From assembly GCA_965215515.1 (NCBI GenBank), contig OZ244057.1, positions 672,001-736,000 of the forward strand: a stretch of DNA of 64,000 nucleotides, written 5' to 3'. This document shows positions 54,253 through 64,000 of the stretch, piece by piece. Every line of letters begins with the position of its first letter. The first letter of the stretch is position 1. Made by a program: the position numbers and the translations under genes. Origin of the DNA: Oligoflexales bacterium. GTDB lineage: Bacteria > Bdellovibrionota_B > Oligoflexia > Oligoflexales > JAPPIL01. Below the pieces are notes generated by a model. That model saw only the letters and a list, made by a program, of their open reading frames with translations. It did not search any database and was not told the origin of the DNA.

Positions 54253-57247
54253 CGCTACCTTCCTGCCGCCAGGTGACATCGGCTAAATAACTGACGTTAG
54301 GCAACGTCTTCAAACCGTACTCCTTGAGGTCGGGGTAGCCGCCGAGGGCCAGATAAGCGCGATAGTCACGCCGTTGTCGAGCAACCTCGCTGTCCTTATC
54401 TTTGAGATCGCCAAAGGTAATGGCATCGGCAGGACAAGTTTCCTGGCAGGCAGTTTTAATTTCCTCCCTTTGCACCGCCCTACCTGCCATCTTCGCCTGA
54501 TGTTTGCCCGCTTGAACGCGCTGGTAACAAAAATTGCATTTCTCCATCACGCCACGCGTGCGCACCGTTACGTCAGGGTTCAGGGCACGGGGGTTACGGT
54601 GGTGATCCTTAGCGTCGATAACATTCCACTTGTGTGTCCACCAATTGAAACGCCGTACCTTGTAAGGACAGGCATTAGCACAGTAACGAGTGCCGACACA
54701 ACGATTGTAGGTCATGGCATTGATGCCTTCCGCATCATGGGTCGTGGCATAGACAGGACAGACCGCCTCGCACGGTGCATGATTGCACTGTTGGCACAAC
54801 ATCGGCTGCAACGTTACCCGCGGATTGGCAGGATCGCCGCTGAAATAGCGATCGAGCCGTATCCAGTGCATCTCCCGCCCCATCGCCACTTGCTTGCGCC
54901 CTACCTGCGGCACGTTGTTCTCCTGCGCACAGGCGACCATGCAAGCCGAACAGCCGATACACTTGTGCAAATCGATACTCATGCCCCAGCGATGCTCGCC
55001 CTCAGGCAATTGCGGGTAAAGATCAGGTACTGCATCGAGATCACGCACCTTGCTCTTATGCTGCTGCAACTGTGTGAGGCTGACACTTTTCACAATGTCA
55101 CCGCGCCGTCCGAGTTTATTTTCCTTTTGCATAGCCGCTAAACGATGTGTCTTCCCCGTGCGTGTCAGAGTCACGGGCACACCTGCGGTCAGAGGCAGGC
55201 CGTCCGCCAGTGTACAGGCAAGCAGAGGGTTGCTCCCGATACCGTCGGTGACTTTGCTGAGACCAGACGGGTGTCCGTTACCACGCGGCACGACGACAGC
55301 TCGATCATGCAAACCAGGCAGGGGGAACAAGGCGGCGGTGAACGTGCCCGTGCCGCTTTTCACCTGCACGATATCGTTGCGTCGTAACCCCAGCCGTGCC
55401 GCGGTCTCAACACTCAACGCGACCCAGGTATCCCAAGCGATAGTGGTCAGACTGTCACCTACCTCTTGCAACACAGGTAGATGCGCACCGCGTCCATCAT
55501 GCAGACGGTTGTCGAGCGGTGCGATCAGTTGTAACCCTGTGGGAACAGGTTGCACCTCGATCGCGAAAGGACGCAACTCACGCCGTACCTGTCTGGTTTG
55601 GTGAGTGAATGTGCCGCGTTTGAGTGTCGTATGATAAAACTCAGCAAAATCTACGCGGCTGCCCTGCAGATCGTGCCACGCTCGCCACCGTTGTCGTAGG
55701 TAGGAACGATAATCGGCGTAGGGCAGCGGCTTGCCACGCATCGCCAGTAACCACAGCAGCACATCTTCTGCTTGGCGGCTGTCGGTGAGCGGTCGCACGA
55801 CAGGCTGCTGCGTTGTCCAAGCACCCGCATGGGTTTGAGCATCGCCCCAGGCTTCGAGAAAATGATGCACAGGCAAGACATGCGTAGCATGCGTGTCAGT
55901 AGCGACGGGAAACGCTTGCATCGAGATGACGTGCTTGATGTTTTTTATCTTCTCGGCCCAGCCAAACGAAGGAGGTAGAGTGAAAAGCGGATCGCTGCCG
56001 ATGATGAACAGCACCTCGAGTTGCGCCGCGTCGCGGGAGAAACGTTGCAGATCACCGTTGCCGACGGGTGGCACCTGCCAGCCACGTTGTACGTCGAGCA
56101 CTTTCTCGTAAGCACCGCACAGGATATTGATGGCGATAGCAACCTGCTGTAGGGCGAGGGCATTGGTATCGAAATTGTGGCTGCCACCGCACAAGACTAC
56201 GGAAGGCGCGCGTACCAACTGTGCCGCGAGTGCGTCGATGTGCTGCTGCAGAGTTGTGTCGAGTTTGACTTGGCGTTGTCGCAGTAGTGCGGCGATGTGC
56301 TGGCGTTCAGCCGCTCCCCCCTGTCCCTGTGGGTGGCGATAGAGAGCTTGCGCAAGCGCAAAAGCCACATCGATCTCTGTACCAGGGGCGATAACGATAC
56401 GTTCGTCGGCACGTGCCCCCGTCAGGCTCAAGGTTGCCTCCAACTGCACCAGCTGTGCAGGACGGGGACGGTTAAGAGCACGGGCAGCACTGAAATTTTT
56501 GGCGTAAGCGACCCGAGCTAACCCCTGATCGAGAAAATCACTGCCGATACCGACGACCAAAGCCGCTTGCTTGAAATCACAGTGAGGGATGACGTAGCGT
56601 CCAAAGGCTCGCTCATGAGCGTTGGCGACGTGCGTGTAGAGAAGATTCGGCTCGTAGCGGTAGAGGTTAGTCTTTGGTGCTGCAAGCTGTTGCAAAAATT
56701 CCTGCAAAAATTCCGTGCGATGCCCCGTCGAGCCGCCAGTAAAAATACCGATTTTACTGGTATCGAGACGGGCACTGAGATGCAGATAAGCATCATCCCA
56801 ACTGACCGTCGTCAGTTGCCCGTTACGGCGAATGCTCGGCTGCGAGCGGCGTTCAGGATGATATAACCCCTGCAAAGCAGCCTGCCCCAGAGGACACGAT
56901 GCTCCTCCCGTCGCCTGATGCGCGGGGTTGCCCTCAATCTTGACAGGGCGACCCTCGCGAGTCTTAACCCTGAGGCCACAGCCTGCAGCACAACCTGCAC
57001 AGGTAGTAGCGTAGTGTATCGCCACGCCAGGTACCTGATCGACGGGCTGATCGACATAAGGGATAGCATGCTCCGCAGGGCGACGCACGCACGAGGAAGA
57101 AGCAAGTGCCACGCCAGCACTGAAGTACTTGAGAAAATCGCGGCGGCCGAAGGTGGCTTGCTCATCCTTCGCCGCGGCAGGTAACGCAGCCACATCGGTG
57201 CACACATCGTCAGCAAGCGAGTAGTGTTGGTCTTGCGACACTTTCAT
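54239..57247 (-). CDS. actB: Alternative complex III subunit B (molybdopterin-oxidoreductase-like plus Fe-S domains)
   Basis: Tat signal RRDFLK, GRPVKIEGNP, CIGCSAC, CQQCNHAPC, CVGTRYCANACPY, RGVMEKC. Confidence 0.93.
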   Translation of the reverse strand: MKVSQDQHYSLADDVCTDVAALPAAAKDEQATFGRRDFLKYFSAGVALASSSCVRRPAEHAIPYVDQPVDQVPGVAIHYATTCAGCAAGCGLRVKTREGRPVKIEGNPAHQATGGASCPLGQAALQGLYHPERRSQPSIRRNGQLTTVSWDDAYLHLSARLDTSKIGIFTGGSTGHRTEFLQEFLQQLAAPKTNLYRYEPNLLYTHVANAHERAFGRYVIPHCDFKQAALVVGIGSDFLDQGLARVAYAKNFSAARALNRPRPAQLVQLEATLSLTGARADERIVIAPGTEIDVAFALAQALYRHPQGQGGAAERQHIAALLRQRQVKLDTTLQQHIDALAAQLVRAPSVVLCGGSHNFDTNALALQQVAIAINILCGAYEKVLDVQRGWQVPPVGNGDLQRFSRDAAQLEVLFIIGSDPLFTLPPSFGWAEKIKNIKHVISMQAFPVATDTHATHVLPVHHFLEAWGDAQTHAGAWTTQQPVVRPLTDSRQAEDVLLWLLAMRGKPLPYADYRSYLRQRWRAWHDLQGSRVDFAEFYHTTLKRGTFTHQTRQVRRELRPFAIEVQPVPTGLQLIAPLDNRLHDGRGAHLPVLQEVGDSLTTIAWDTWVALSVETAARLGLRRNDIVQVKSGTGTFTAALFPLPGLHDRAVVVPRGNGHPSGLSKVTDGIGSNPLLACTLADGLPLTAGVPVTLTRTGKTHRLAAMQKENKLGRRGDIVKSVSLTQLQQHKSKVRDLDAVPDLYPQLPEGEHRWGMSIDLHKCIGCSACMVACAQENNVPQVGRKQVAMGREMHWIRLDRYFSGDPANPRVTLQPMLCQQCNHAPCEAVCPVYATTHDAEGINAMTYNRCVGTRYCANACPYKVRRFNWWTHKWNVIDAKDHHRNPRALNPDVTVRTRGVMEKCNFCYQRVQAGKHQAKMAGRAVQREEIKTACQETCPADAITFGDLKDKDSEVARQRRDYRAYLALGGYPDLKEYGLKTLPNVSYLADVTWRQEGSDEHG

Positions 57248-57250
57248 CCC

Positions 57251-57787
57251 CTAGTAGTGACAGGCCAAGCAGGCGATACTCGCCTTTTTTTGACGATGGC
57301 AATCGATGCACCAGCCCATCTGCAAAGGTGCTTTTTGCACCGCCACACTCATTTTTTCAACCTCACCGTGACATTCCTGACAAGTTATCTTCGCCAACAC
57401 ATGTACCTGATGCGAAAAACGCACAAAATCTGGCAAGTCATGCACCTTCGTCCACTTGATGGGCTGATTAGCCTTGTAACGCGCCGCGATGAACTTAATG
57501 GGATCTTTGGCGGTAGCGACGAATTTATGACAACCCATGCAGGTGTTAAGCGGCGGAATCCCCGCCACAGACGACCGCCGTGCCGCAGCGTGGCAATACT
57601 CACACGGTATCTTATGTCCACGCTCTTCACCCACATGCAGGTTGTGACTGAAAGGAACTGGCTGCTCAGGCTTATGCCCGACATTATCAACCGTATCGCC
57701 AGGTGTCCACAACCACCAAGCCGCGGCAACCTCGGCGAACAACAACGCAACAACGATGAACGACAGACAACGCAACGTCAACGACAA
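57251..57787 (-). CDS. actA: Alternative complex III subunit A, pentaheme cytochrome c
   Basis: Five CxxCH motifs (CEYCH, CMGCH, CQECH, CIDCH, CLACH); PEQPVPFSH. Confidence 0.92.
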   Translation of the reverse strand: MSLTLRCLSFIVVALLFAEVAAAWWLWTPGDTVDNVGHKPEQPVPFSHNLHVGEERGHKIPCEYCHAAARRSSVAGIPPLNTCMGCHKFVATAKDPIKFIAARYKANQPIKWTKVHDLPDFVRFSHQVHVLAKITCQECHGEVEKMSVAVQKAPLQMGWCIDCHRQKKASIACLACHY

Positions 57788-57960
57788 ACGCTTCTAACTT
57801 TGAACGGCAGACTCTACTAGCTTGTGCGCTGTCTTTCAACCATTTAATCTGACCAGGGACGAGGAAGGATTGCGGGAGGGAGAAGCGGAGCAGCGGTTTC
57901 AATGCACGCTCCCTTTTGCTATATTGCGCGGGAATTGAGACAGCAAACTGAGAGGTTAAA

Positions 57961-59052
57961 ATGATCATCGGTGTTCCTCGTGAAACGAAAGCCTATGAAC
58001 ATCGGGTGGCAATGGTGCCAGGGGGAGTAGCAGCCCTAGTCAAGGGCGGACATCAGGTACTGGTCGAGAAAAACGCAGGACTCGCCTCAGGCATGAATGA
58101 TGCACACTACGCCGAGGCAGGGGCAGAAATCGTGATGGACACAACCACACTCTGGCAACGGGCGGAAATGATCGTGAAGGTCAAAGAGCCACTCATGCCC
58201 GAATACTCACGGTTGCAAGAAGGGCAGCTTCTATTCACCTTCCTGCACCTCTCGGCTGAACCAAAATTAACCGAAGTGCTGCTACAAAAACGCGTCGATG
58301 CGATCGCCTACGAGACGATTGAACTTGACGATGGCTCGTTGCCCTTGCTGATCCCGATGAGTGAAGTTGCGGGGCGTATGGCGGTGCAGCTCGGTGCCCG
58401 TCTGCTGGAAAAAGGTAGCGGAGGCAAAGGTATCATGATCAGCGGAGTCCCAGGCGTGCCACGTGGACGAGTCAGCGTTATCGGGGGCGGCACTGCTGGC
58501 AGCAACGCGATCAAGATCGCGATCGGCATGGGAGCACAAGTCACTGTACTGGATATCGACCAACGCCGCTTAGCAAGTTTTGATGACACCTACGGCAATA
58601 ACGTCAACACGCTAATTTCTAACCCAGATAACATCGCCTCCGCCGTGCGTGGATGTGATTTGCTGATCGGTGCAGTGCTGCTCACGGGGGCGAAAGCACC
58701 GCAGCTTGTCACCGCCGCAATGGTCACGACAATGGAACAAGGCTCGGTAGTAGTCGATGTCGCTATCGATCAAGGTGGCTGTATCGAAACTTCCCGCCCG
58801 ACTTCACACGCGCAGCCAAGCTTCAGCCATCACGGAATTTTGCACTGTGCCATCACCAACATGCCTGGCATCGTGCCGCGCACGAGTACCTACGCGATCA
58901 CCAACGTTACCTTTAGTTACATACAGATGTTGGCCGACCTGGGACTGGAGGCAGCGCTGCGCCACAGTGCACCCTTGCGCAAAGGGTTGAACACGACACG
59001 CGGCAAAATAGTGCACCGCGCCGTCGCGGCCTCGTTCCGAGACGGTGTTTAG
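57961..59052 (+). CDS. ald: Alanine dehydrogenase
   Basis: MIIGVPRETK, KVKEP, PMSEVAGRM, DVAIDQGGC, NMPG. Confidence 0.96.
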   Translation: MIIGVPRETKAYEHRVAMVPGGVAALVKGGHQVLVEKNAGLASGMNDAHYAEAGAEIVMDTTTLWQRAEMIVKVKEPLMPEYSRLQEGQLLFTFLHLSAEPKLTEVLLQKRVDAIAYETIELDDGSLPLLIPMSEVAGRMAVQLGARLLEKGSGGKGIMISGVPGVPRGRVSVIGGGTAGSNAIKIAIGMGAQVTVLDIDQRRLASFDDTYGNNVNTLISNPDNIASAVRGCDLLIGAVLLTGAKAPQLVTAAMVTTMEQGSVVVDVAIDQGGCIETSRPTSHAQPSFSHHGILHCAITNMPGIVPRTSTYAITNVTFSYIQMLADLGLEAALRHSAPLRKGLNTTRGKIVHRAVAASFRDGV

Positions 59053-60752
59053 GCCGCGGTATCGCGCGGCGGACGGGCGATATTCTGCAACTCTTGCCAC
59101 CATGTCGCGTTGGCATCGATCCCGTGCGCTGTTGCGGCTTCGCACAATTCCTGAGCCAGCAACCACTGTTCGGGATATGAGGCAATGACCTGTGCGGCAC
59201 TGCTCGCCAACACCTGCGGATCGGGGGCCGACTGGCGACGTAAATCCCGCACCGTCTCGTAAAGGGCGAACAACTTACGTTCACGAGACGAAAATTCTGC
59301 GGTGGGGTGAGGACAACTAGAGGCCTTGCCGATACTGTAAGAACCGAAAGCCTCACGATCGGCGGGGCCGCCAAACACCGACACCACCGCCGTACCGATC
59401 GGCAGATCGAACTCTTCGTCAGTCGCAACCTGTAAGACACGCTCCCCACGGGTGATTGTGCAATCCGCCCAGGTGATGTAAAGCAAACGCCCTTCCTGTC
59501 GATACCAGCGCAGCACTACGCCCGCTACTGCACAACCTCCTGTCAGCGATAGTCGTGCCCGATGCCCGACACGCACGCCGATGCGTTGCAAATCGCTGTT
59601 ACTCAGCAACCATGGCGGTTTGTCGGGCAAAGCACTGCATCGTCCCAGCAGAATACGACAACCGTGCTTGTGCCGCGCACTGCCTTGTGCGGTCAGCTGT
59701 CGCTGTGCCACGCTGAATTGACAACGTCCTCGCAAACGCACAAAGCTCAGGTCACCCTTGTCGTCGCGGCCGAAATGCGTCAAACGTCCCGAAATTTGCA
59801 AACCAGAATCGAGCTGGCAGGTGTTGACGGTGCGAGATTTTTTGGCTCGCTGTAGACCTTCCAGCCCGCCGAGCTTGTAGGACATGTTTTTTTCAACTTC
59901 AGATAGGGTGTGATGCAGATCAGCAAAATCACGTGCCACGAAGAGTTGTGGTTGGGGCTCGGTAATATCATAAGCTGTTTCCACCGCATCCTTTGACAAG
60001 TAAACTTTATGCACGTTGTCGTGCAGGCAACTTCTGCTCTCCATCACCGACGACAATAACCCCGCCCCATACAAACGCGGGGAAGATAACGAACCGACTA
60101 GCCCGTACTCTGCCGTCCACCAGTAGAGACGAGCAACCTTCCCCGCTTCAGAAACTTCGGTTTTCTCTGCCGTCACACGATCGAGACGTGCTTGTGCCGC
60201 GGCGACCATCGCCGCGCTGATGCCTCGCATTTCTTTGATGTCCGACAGATAACGGATGGCTTCGTAGAGACGAATGTCGTGGTCGGAAAAAATTGCCTTC
60301 TGTGCCAACTCCGCGTAGCGAGTCAAATACGCGGCGTAATCGGGGTCGGCGATGATCGGCGCATGTCCCGCCGCCTCGTGAATAATATCGGGGGCAGGGG
60401 TGTAGGAAAGATGCGCAAACCTCCGAATGTCGACAGCAATCGGCAACACCCGCCGTGCCTGAAATTCCAAGAAAATAATCGGCGGAATGAAACCCTCCAC
60501 CGCCGCCGCGCCCCAGCCGAACGCGGCCAGCGCCTCATCCATGTCTTCCAGACGCGGGATTTCTTCCAACGAGATGCCTGTCTTACGCAAACCTTCACGA
60601 TAAACAGGTACCGCATGACGGCTGAGGAATGCTACCAGCTGTCGTAAGGCATAACGCCACACCGCCTGATCTTGTGCGGTATAACGCTCGTAGTACTGCA
60701 CCGCGCAGTAGTTTTGCAGAAATTGCGGTAGCCTGTTGTAAGTTTCGATCAC
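59049..60752 (-). CDS. phhA: Aromatic amino acid (phenylalanine 4-) hydroxylase, long form
   Basis: YTPAPDIIHEAAGH, LYWWTAEYGL, YGAGLLSS, YDITEPQPQLFV. Confidence 0.9.
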   Translation of the reverse strand: MIETYNRLPQFLQNYCAVQYYERYTAQDQAVWRYALRQLVAFLSRHAVPVYREGLRKTGISLEEIPRLEDMDEALAAFGWGAAAVEGFIPPIIFLEFQARRVLPIAVDIRRFAHLSYTPAPDIIHEAAGHAPIIADPDYAAYLTRYAELAQKAIFSDHDIRLYEAIRYLSDIKEMRGISAAMVAAAQARLDRVTAEKTEVSEAGKVARLYWWTAEYGLVGSLSSPRLYGAGLLSSVMESRSCLHDNVHKVYLSKDAVETAYDITEPQPQLFVARDFADLHHTLSEVEKNMSYKLGGLEGLQRAKKSRTVNTCQLDSGLQISGRLTHFGRDDKGDLSFVRLRGRCQFSVAQRQLTAQGSARHKHGCRILLGRCSALPDKPPWLLSNSDLQRIGVRVGHRARLSLTGGCAVAGVVLRWYRQEGRLLYITWADCTITRGERVLQVATDEEFDLPIGTAVVSVFGGPADREAFGSYSIGKASSCPHPTAEFSSRERKLFALYETVRDLRRQSAPDPQVLASSAAQVIASYPEQWLLAQELCEAATAHGIDANATWWQELQNIARPPRDTAA

Positions 60753-60774
60753 GGCTCTATGCCCCTACGGTTGT

Positions 60775-61812
60775 TCAAGCGAGAAAACCTCGTTTCTTCT
60801 GATCGAGCTCGATGGCACGGAATAGTGCCCCGAAATTGCCTTCCCCGAAAGAAGAGTTGTTTTCCCGCTGAATAATCTCAAAAAATATCGGGCCGATAAC
60901 ATTCTTGGTAAAGATTTGTAGTAGGTAACCCTTGCCATCACCATCGACCAGAACGTTGAATTTTTTGATCTCGGCATGATCTTCACGCACGTTGGGCACG
61001 CGTGTAAATACATCGTCATAGTACTCAGGATACATTTCCAGCATCTCGATCGCAGAACCCCGTAACTTGCGCAATGTGTCGAGGATGTCTGCGGTCAACA
61101 GAGCGATATGCTGCACCCCTTCGCCTCTGTACTCCTGGAGAAATTCGTTGATCTGTGATTTTTCCTCCGTGCCTTCGTTGATAGGGATGCAGAACTTGCC
61201 GCACGGTGAACGCATGGCAAAGGACTTCAGACCCGTCTGTTCGCCACGAATATCAAAGTACCTGATCTCGCTGAAGCCGAAGATACGTTGGTAAAAGTCC
61301 GACCACTCCTGCAACTTGCCTTGATAGACGTTGTTGGTAAGATGGTCGATGCGCGTGAAACCAACATCGTCTAGTACCTTAGTGCTCTCTTCGTTTTCGA
61401 AACCGAGCCGCGCGTAGAGATTCTCGTCCTGATAGGCATCGATAAAATAGATCAAACTACCGCCGATACCTTCGATCGCGGGGACGGAGGTGTTGTCGAG
61501 GAGATAGTCGCTGCTCATCTGACGTGCGCCGTTTTTGAGTGCTGCGACCATAGCTTCGTATGCGTTCTTCACCCGCCAGCCCATGGCACTGACCCCCGCA
61601 CCATGCAAATCATAAAAGGAGCGTGCCATAGAATCATTCCTAGTGTTCAGCACAAAGCGCACCTTGTTCTGCTCGTACAGCCTGAGATCACGTCGGGCGT
61701 GTGACTTGGTATTGACCAGCCCCAGCTTGGTGAATAGGGAGGCGAGGTGGCTCGGTTGCGCGGCGGTAAACTCGATAAACTCGATACCATCGAGTCCTAC
61801 AGGATTGTGCAT
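60775..61812 (-). CDS. hppD: 4-hydroxyphenylpyruvate dioxygenase
   Basis: IDHLTNNV, IPINE, GEGVQHIAL, YLLQIFT, GFGEGNF-like SFGEGNF; start ATG 61812 with GGGAG RBS. Confidence 0.96.
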   Translation of the reverse strand: MHNPVGLDGIEFIEFTAAQPSHLASLFTKLGLVNTKSHARRDLRLYEQNKVRFVLNTRNDSMARSFYDLHGAGVSAMGWRVKNAYEAMVAALKNGARQMSSDYLLDNTSVPAIEGIGGSLIYFIDAYQDENLYARLGFENEESTKVLDDVGFTRIDHLTNNVYQGKLQEWSDFYQRIFGFSEIRYFDIRGEQTGLKSFAMRSPCGKFCIPINEGTEEKSQINEFLQEYRGEGVQHIALLTADILDTLRKLRGSAIEMLEMYPEYYDDVFTRVPNVREDHAEIKKFNVLVDGDGKGYLLQIFTKNVIGPIFFEIIQRENNSSFGEGNFGALFRAIELDQKKRGFLA

Positions 61813-61840
61813 CGTCTTTAATCTCCCTCTGCAAAAATAC

Positions 61841-62941
61841 TCAACTCTGCCAACTGCGCCAGTAGTTTTTGTTTTCCATCTTCTCAGCATCCTCCGCCAC
61901 CTGCAAAGGGTGACGGCTATCGATCATCACGGCGATTTCGTCGGTATGTGTCAACGTGTGACTGCGTGCCAACGCCTGCGGTTGTGGCCCGTGTTGGATA
62001 CCTTGCGGATGCAGGGTCATCATTCCCGCCTCGATCCCCGCACGGCTGAAAAAATTACCTTTGTGATAAAAAAGCACCTCGTCATAGTCGATGTTGGAGT
62101 GAAAAAACGGCACTTTCAAGGCTTCAGGGTCGCCGTTTTCCAACGGACGAGGCAAGAAAGAACAGACGATAAACGCGGGAGCAACGAAGGTTGTATGCAC
62201 CGAAGGCGGAAGATGAGCACGATCGCAAGAGATCGGTCGAATGTCCCGCACGTTCAGCTGCCACACCGTCAACGTGCCGCGCCAGCCGATGGCATTGAGA
62301 GGGCAGTGGGGGTAAAAAATACTGCTCACTGCACCGCCTCGCTTTACCTTTATCTCGCACTCAGCGACTCCCGCGGGGGGTCGCATCGTCTCCAACTCTG
62401 GCACTCGCAACACGGCGGGATCGTACAACGCTTGTTGCCCGAGCAAACCGCGTTCAGGGAAACGCAGTTCGCCACGTGATTCGATGAGCAGAAAACACGA
62501 ACGCTGCTGTGGCAGGAGACGGTAGACTGTGCCGCGGGGGACAAGCAGATAATCCCCCGCCGTGTAGGTCAGTACCCCGAAGTCTGTCTCCAGCTTGCCA
62601 CCGCCTTCGTGCACAAAAAAAAGATCGTCACCGTCCGCGTTGCGAAAATAATAACGCATCTCCGTGCACAACACGACGAACTCAACACGCACATCGTCGT
62701 TAAACAGACACGCTCGCCGTGCCTGGACAAAATCCTCCCCGTCGCGCTGCTGACGCTTGCAGTCGAAGGCACGCGGCCGTAGGTCACCCTCTATCCTGCT
62801 CCAAGCCACAGGTGGTGCGGTGCGATAGAGATGGGTGTAGCGCCCATAAAAACCGTCGCGCCCGTACTCTTCTTCGTACAGACCCGCGGGAATACCGACA
62901 TGCGCCTGCCGTGCCGTCCGCCCCTTGCTGAAAACAATCAT
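61841..62941 (-). CDS. hmgA: Homogentisate 1,2-dioxygenase
   Basis: RNADGD, HLPPSVHTTF, PFFHSNIDYDEV, TLHPQGIQHGPQP. Confidence 0.93.
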   Translation of the reverse strand: MIVFSKGRTARQAHVGIPAGLYEEEYGRDGFYGRYTHLYRTAPPVAWSRIEGDLRPRAFDCKRQQRDGEDFVQARRACLFNDDVRVEFVVLCTEMRYYFRNADGDDLFFVHEGGGKLETDFGVLTYTAGDYLLVPRGTVYRLLPQQRSCFLLIESRGELRFPERGLLGQQALYDPAVLRVPELETMRPPAGVAECEIKVKRGGAVSSIFYPHCPLNAIGWRGTLTVWQLNVRDIRPISCDRAHLPPSVHTTFVAPAFIVCSFLPRPLENGDPEALKVPFFHSNIDYDEVLFYHKGNFFSRAGIEAGMMTLHPQGIQHGPQPQALARSHTLTHTDEIAVMIDSRHPLQVAEDAEKMENKNYWRSWQS

Positions 62942-63122
62942 CGCTAACCCGCACAACACTTACCCTATTCTATCAAGACAAGCCTGATTTGGCAAACCTG
63001 TAGACAACCCCGATCGGGCTTGTCGCGGCTGGAGGCGACGGCAAATACCTCTTCATAAAACGACGCGGCAGATTTTGCTCTGCCTAAGTGCCAATACGAG
63101 TAAAGTGAAATAAAATTAAAGC

Positions 63123-63136
63123 AAAAAAAAAAAAAA
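63123..63136. repeat. A14 homopolymer in a divergent intergenic region
   Basis: 14 consecutive A residues between hmgA and the lipoprotein gene. Confidence 0.9.
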
Positions 63137-63180
63137 CAGTCGATGTGTTTCTGGCAAGTCGGTTTTTCGGGGAGGAGATC

Positions 63181-63933
63181 ATGTCGTCGTTGCTGTGGGT
63201 TTTGAGGATGATGTGGGTCGTCGCGGTGGCGCTGAACGGCTGTGATGGCGAAGAGGGGACAGATGCTAAAGAGCCCAAAGAGCCGAGTTTGACGGTAACG
63301 GTCAACCCCGACGAAGTGGAGGTAAATGGTGACCGCGGCGAGCATACGGTCACGGTAACTGTCGATGCTAGCGACAAACGGGCGGAGGTAGAGCTGTCGG
63401 TGGTATGCACAAACGAAGTCACCACCCCAGAAATTGCGCGCGCAACACGATCTGCCACAGGTGGCGAAGTTGAGTGGGAAGGTCTGCGCATCGATACTGG
63501 GAAAGAGACTATCTGCACCTACACTGCCAAAGCTCTGGGAAAAGAAGCCACAGGTGAGTTCACGGTTAAAGCCACTGAAGAAGATAAGGAAACCACTGAA
63601 GAGCAAAACACTCCTCAAGAGGTCATGCAGCCTACCGAGAAAACAATCGCAATCACCAGTGCTATCAGGAGAGCTAATTCAATAAAAATATCAATCACAG
63701 CGTCTGGTTTCAGCGGCGATGACACATTCGCAGTGAAAGGCCTCTGTGCTGCTGATGGTGACCCTGCTCCTGACGAGCAAACTGTCATCGCTGAGGGTAG
63801 TATTCAACATGATTGTGAAGAAACAGATGGGGGGACATATACGTGCTACTTTGGTTCTGGCGGTTCACTGCAGAACGAGTGCCGCGTTATGGTGATAAGT
63901 AGCGATGTCAGAAGTGCCAGTGTTATCCGATAA
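63181..63933 (+). CDS. Hypothetical acidic lipoprotein with beta-rich domains
   Basis: GGAGGAG RBS before ATG 63181; lipobox LNGC; Thr/Glu/Val-rich with Cys pairs. Confidence 0.75.
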   Translation: MSSLLWVLRMMWVVAVALNGCDGEEGTDAKEPKEPSLTVTVNPDEVEVNGDRGEHTVTVTVDASDKRAEVELSVVCTNEVTTPEIARATRSATGGEVEWEGLRIDTGKETICTYTAKALGKEATGEFTVKATEEDKETTEEQNTPQEVMQPTEKTIAITSAIRRANSIKISITASGFSGDDTFAVKGLCAADGDPAPDEQTVIAEGSIQHDCEETDGGTYTCYFGSGGSLQNECRVMVISSDVRSASVIR

Positions 63934-64000
63934 ATCGAGGGGATTGTTTCCCCTGACTTCTTGCTACTGGCGTTTGGAGGAGGCTGAAATAGCTTCGATC

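Overview
Bacterial chromosomal window. A Bdellovibrionota/Oligoflexia-like host is inferred from gene content only (GltD/GltE-like TPR pair, GspC-PDZ protein, alternative complex III). Two GC-richer housekeeping arms flank an AT-richer accessory block. The left arm has batD, bcp, azurin, kdsB, agmatinase, an M16 peptidase, tRNA-Lys/Glu, pgsA, a PfkB kinase and acnA. The right arm has a HlyC/CorC gene, ybeY, trmB, rnpB, fadIJ, actABCDEF, ald and hmgA-hppD-phhA. The accessory block is a ~19 kb defence island (~23.75-42.98 kb) with no intact integrase. Its core is an intact three-gene module: SNF2 helicase, large N6-adenine methyltransferase, and a 1984-aa SF2 helicase with DUF1998 and a C-terminal nuclease-like domain. 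This is DISARM/Druantia-related (ARMADA-like) but lacks the usual partner genes. A cluster of covarying palindromes sits between the second and third genes, and GC skew reverses inside the helicase ORF. The island also holds a Schlafen-HATPase-HTH protein with extra C-terminal domains, preceded by a 22-bp tandem array and two 50-bp inverted-repeat sites and bracketed by two recombinase-domain stubs, plus DUF499 and IS5 remnants. Outside the island, two paralogous coiled-coil PD-(D/E)XK nuclease genes carry tandem repeats of 11 and 7 codons, and there is an apparent ECF sigma/anti-sigma fusion. All family calls come from motif reading; no database searches were run.
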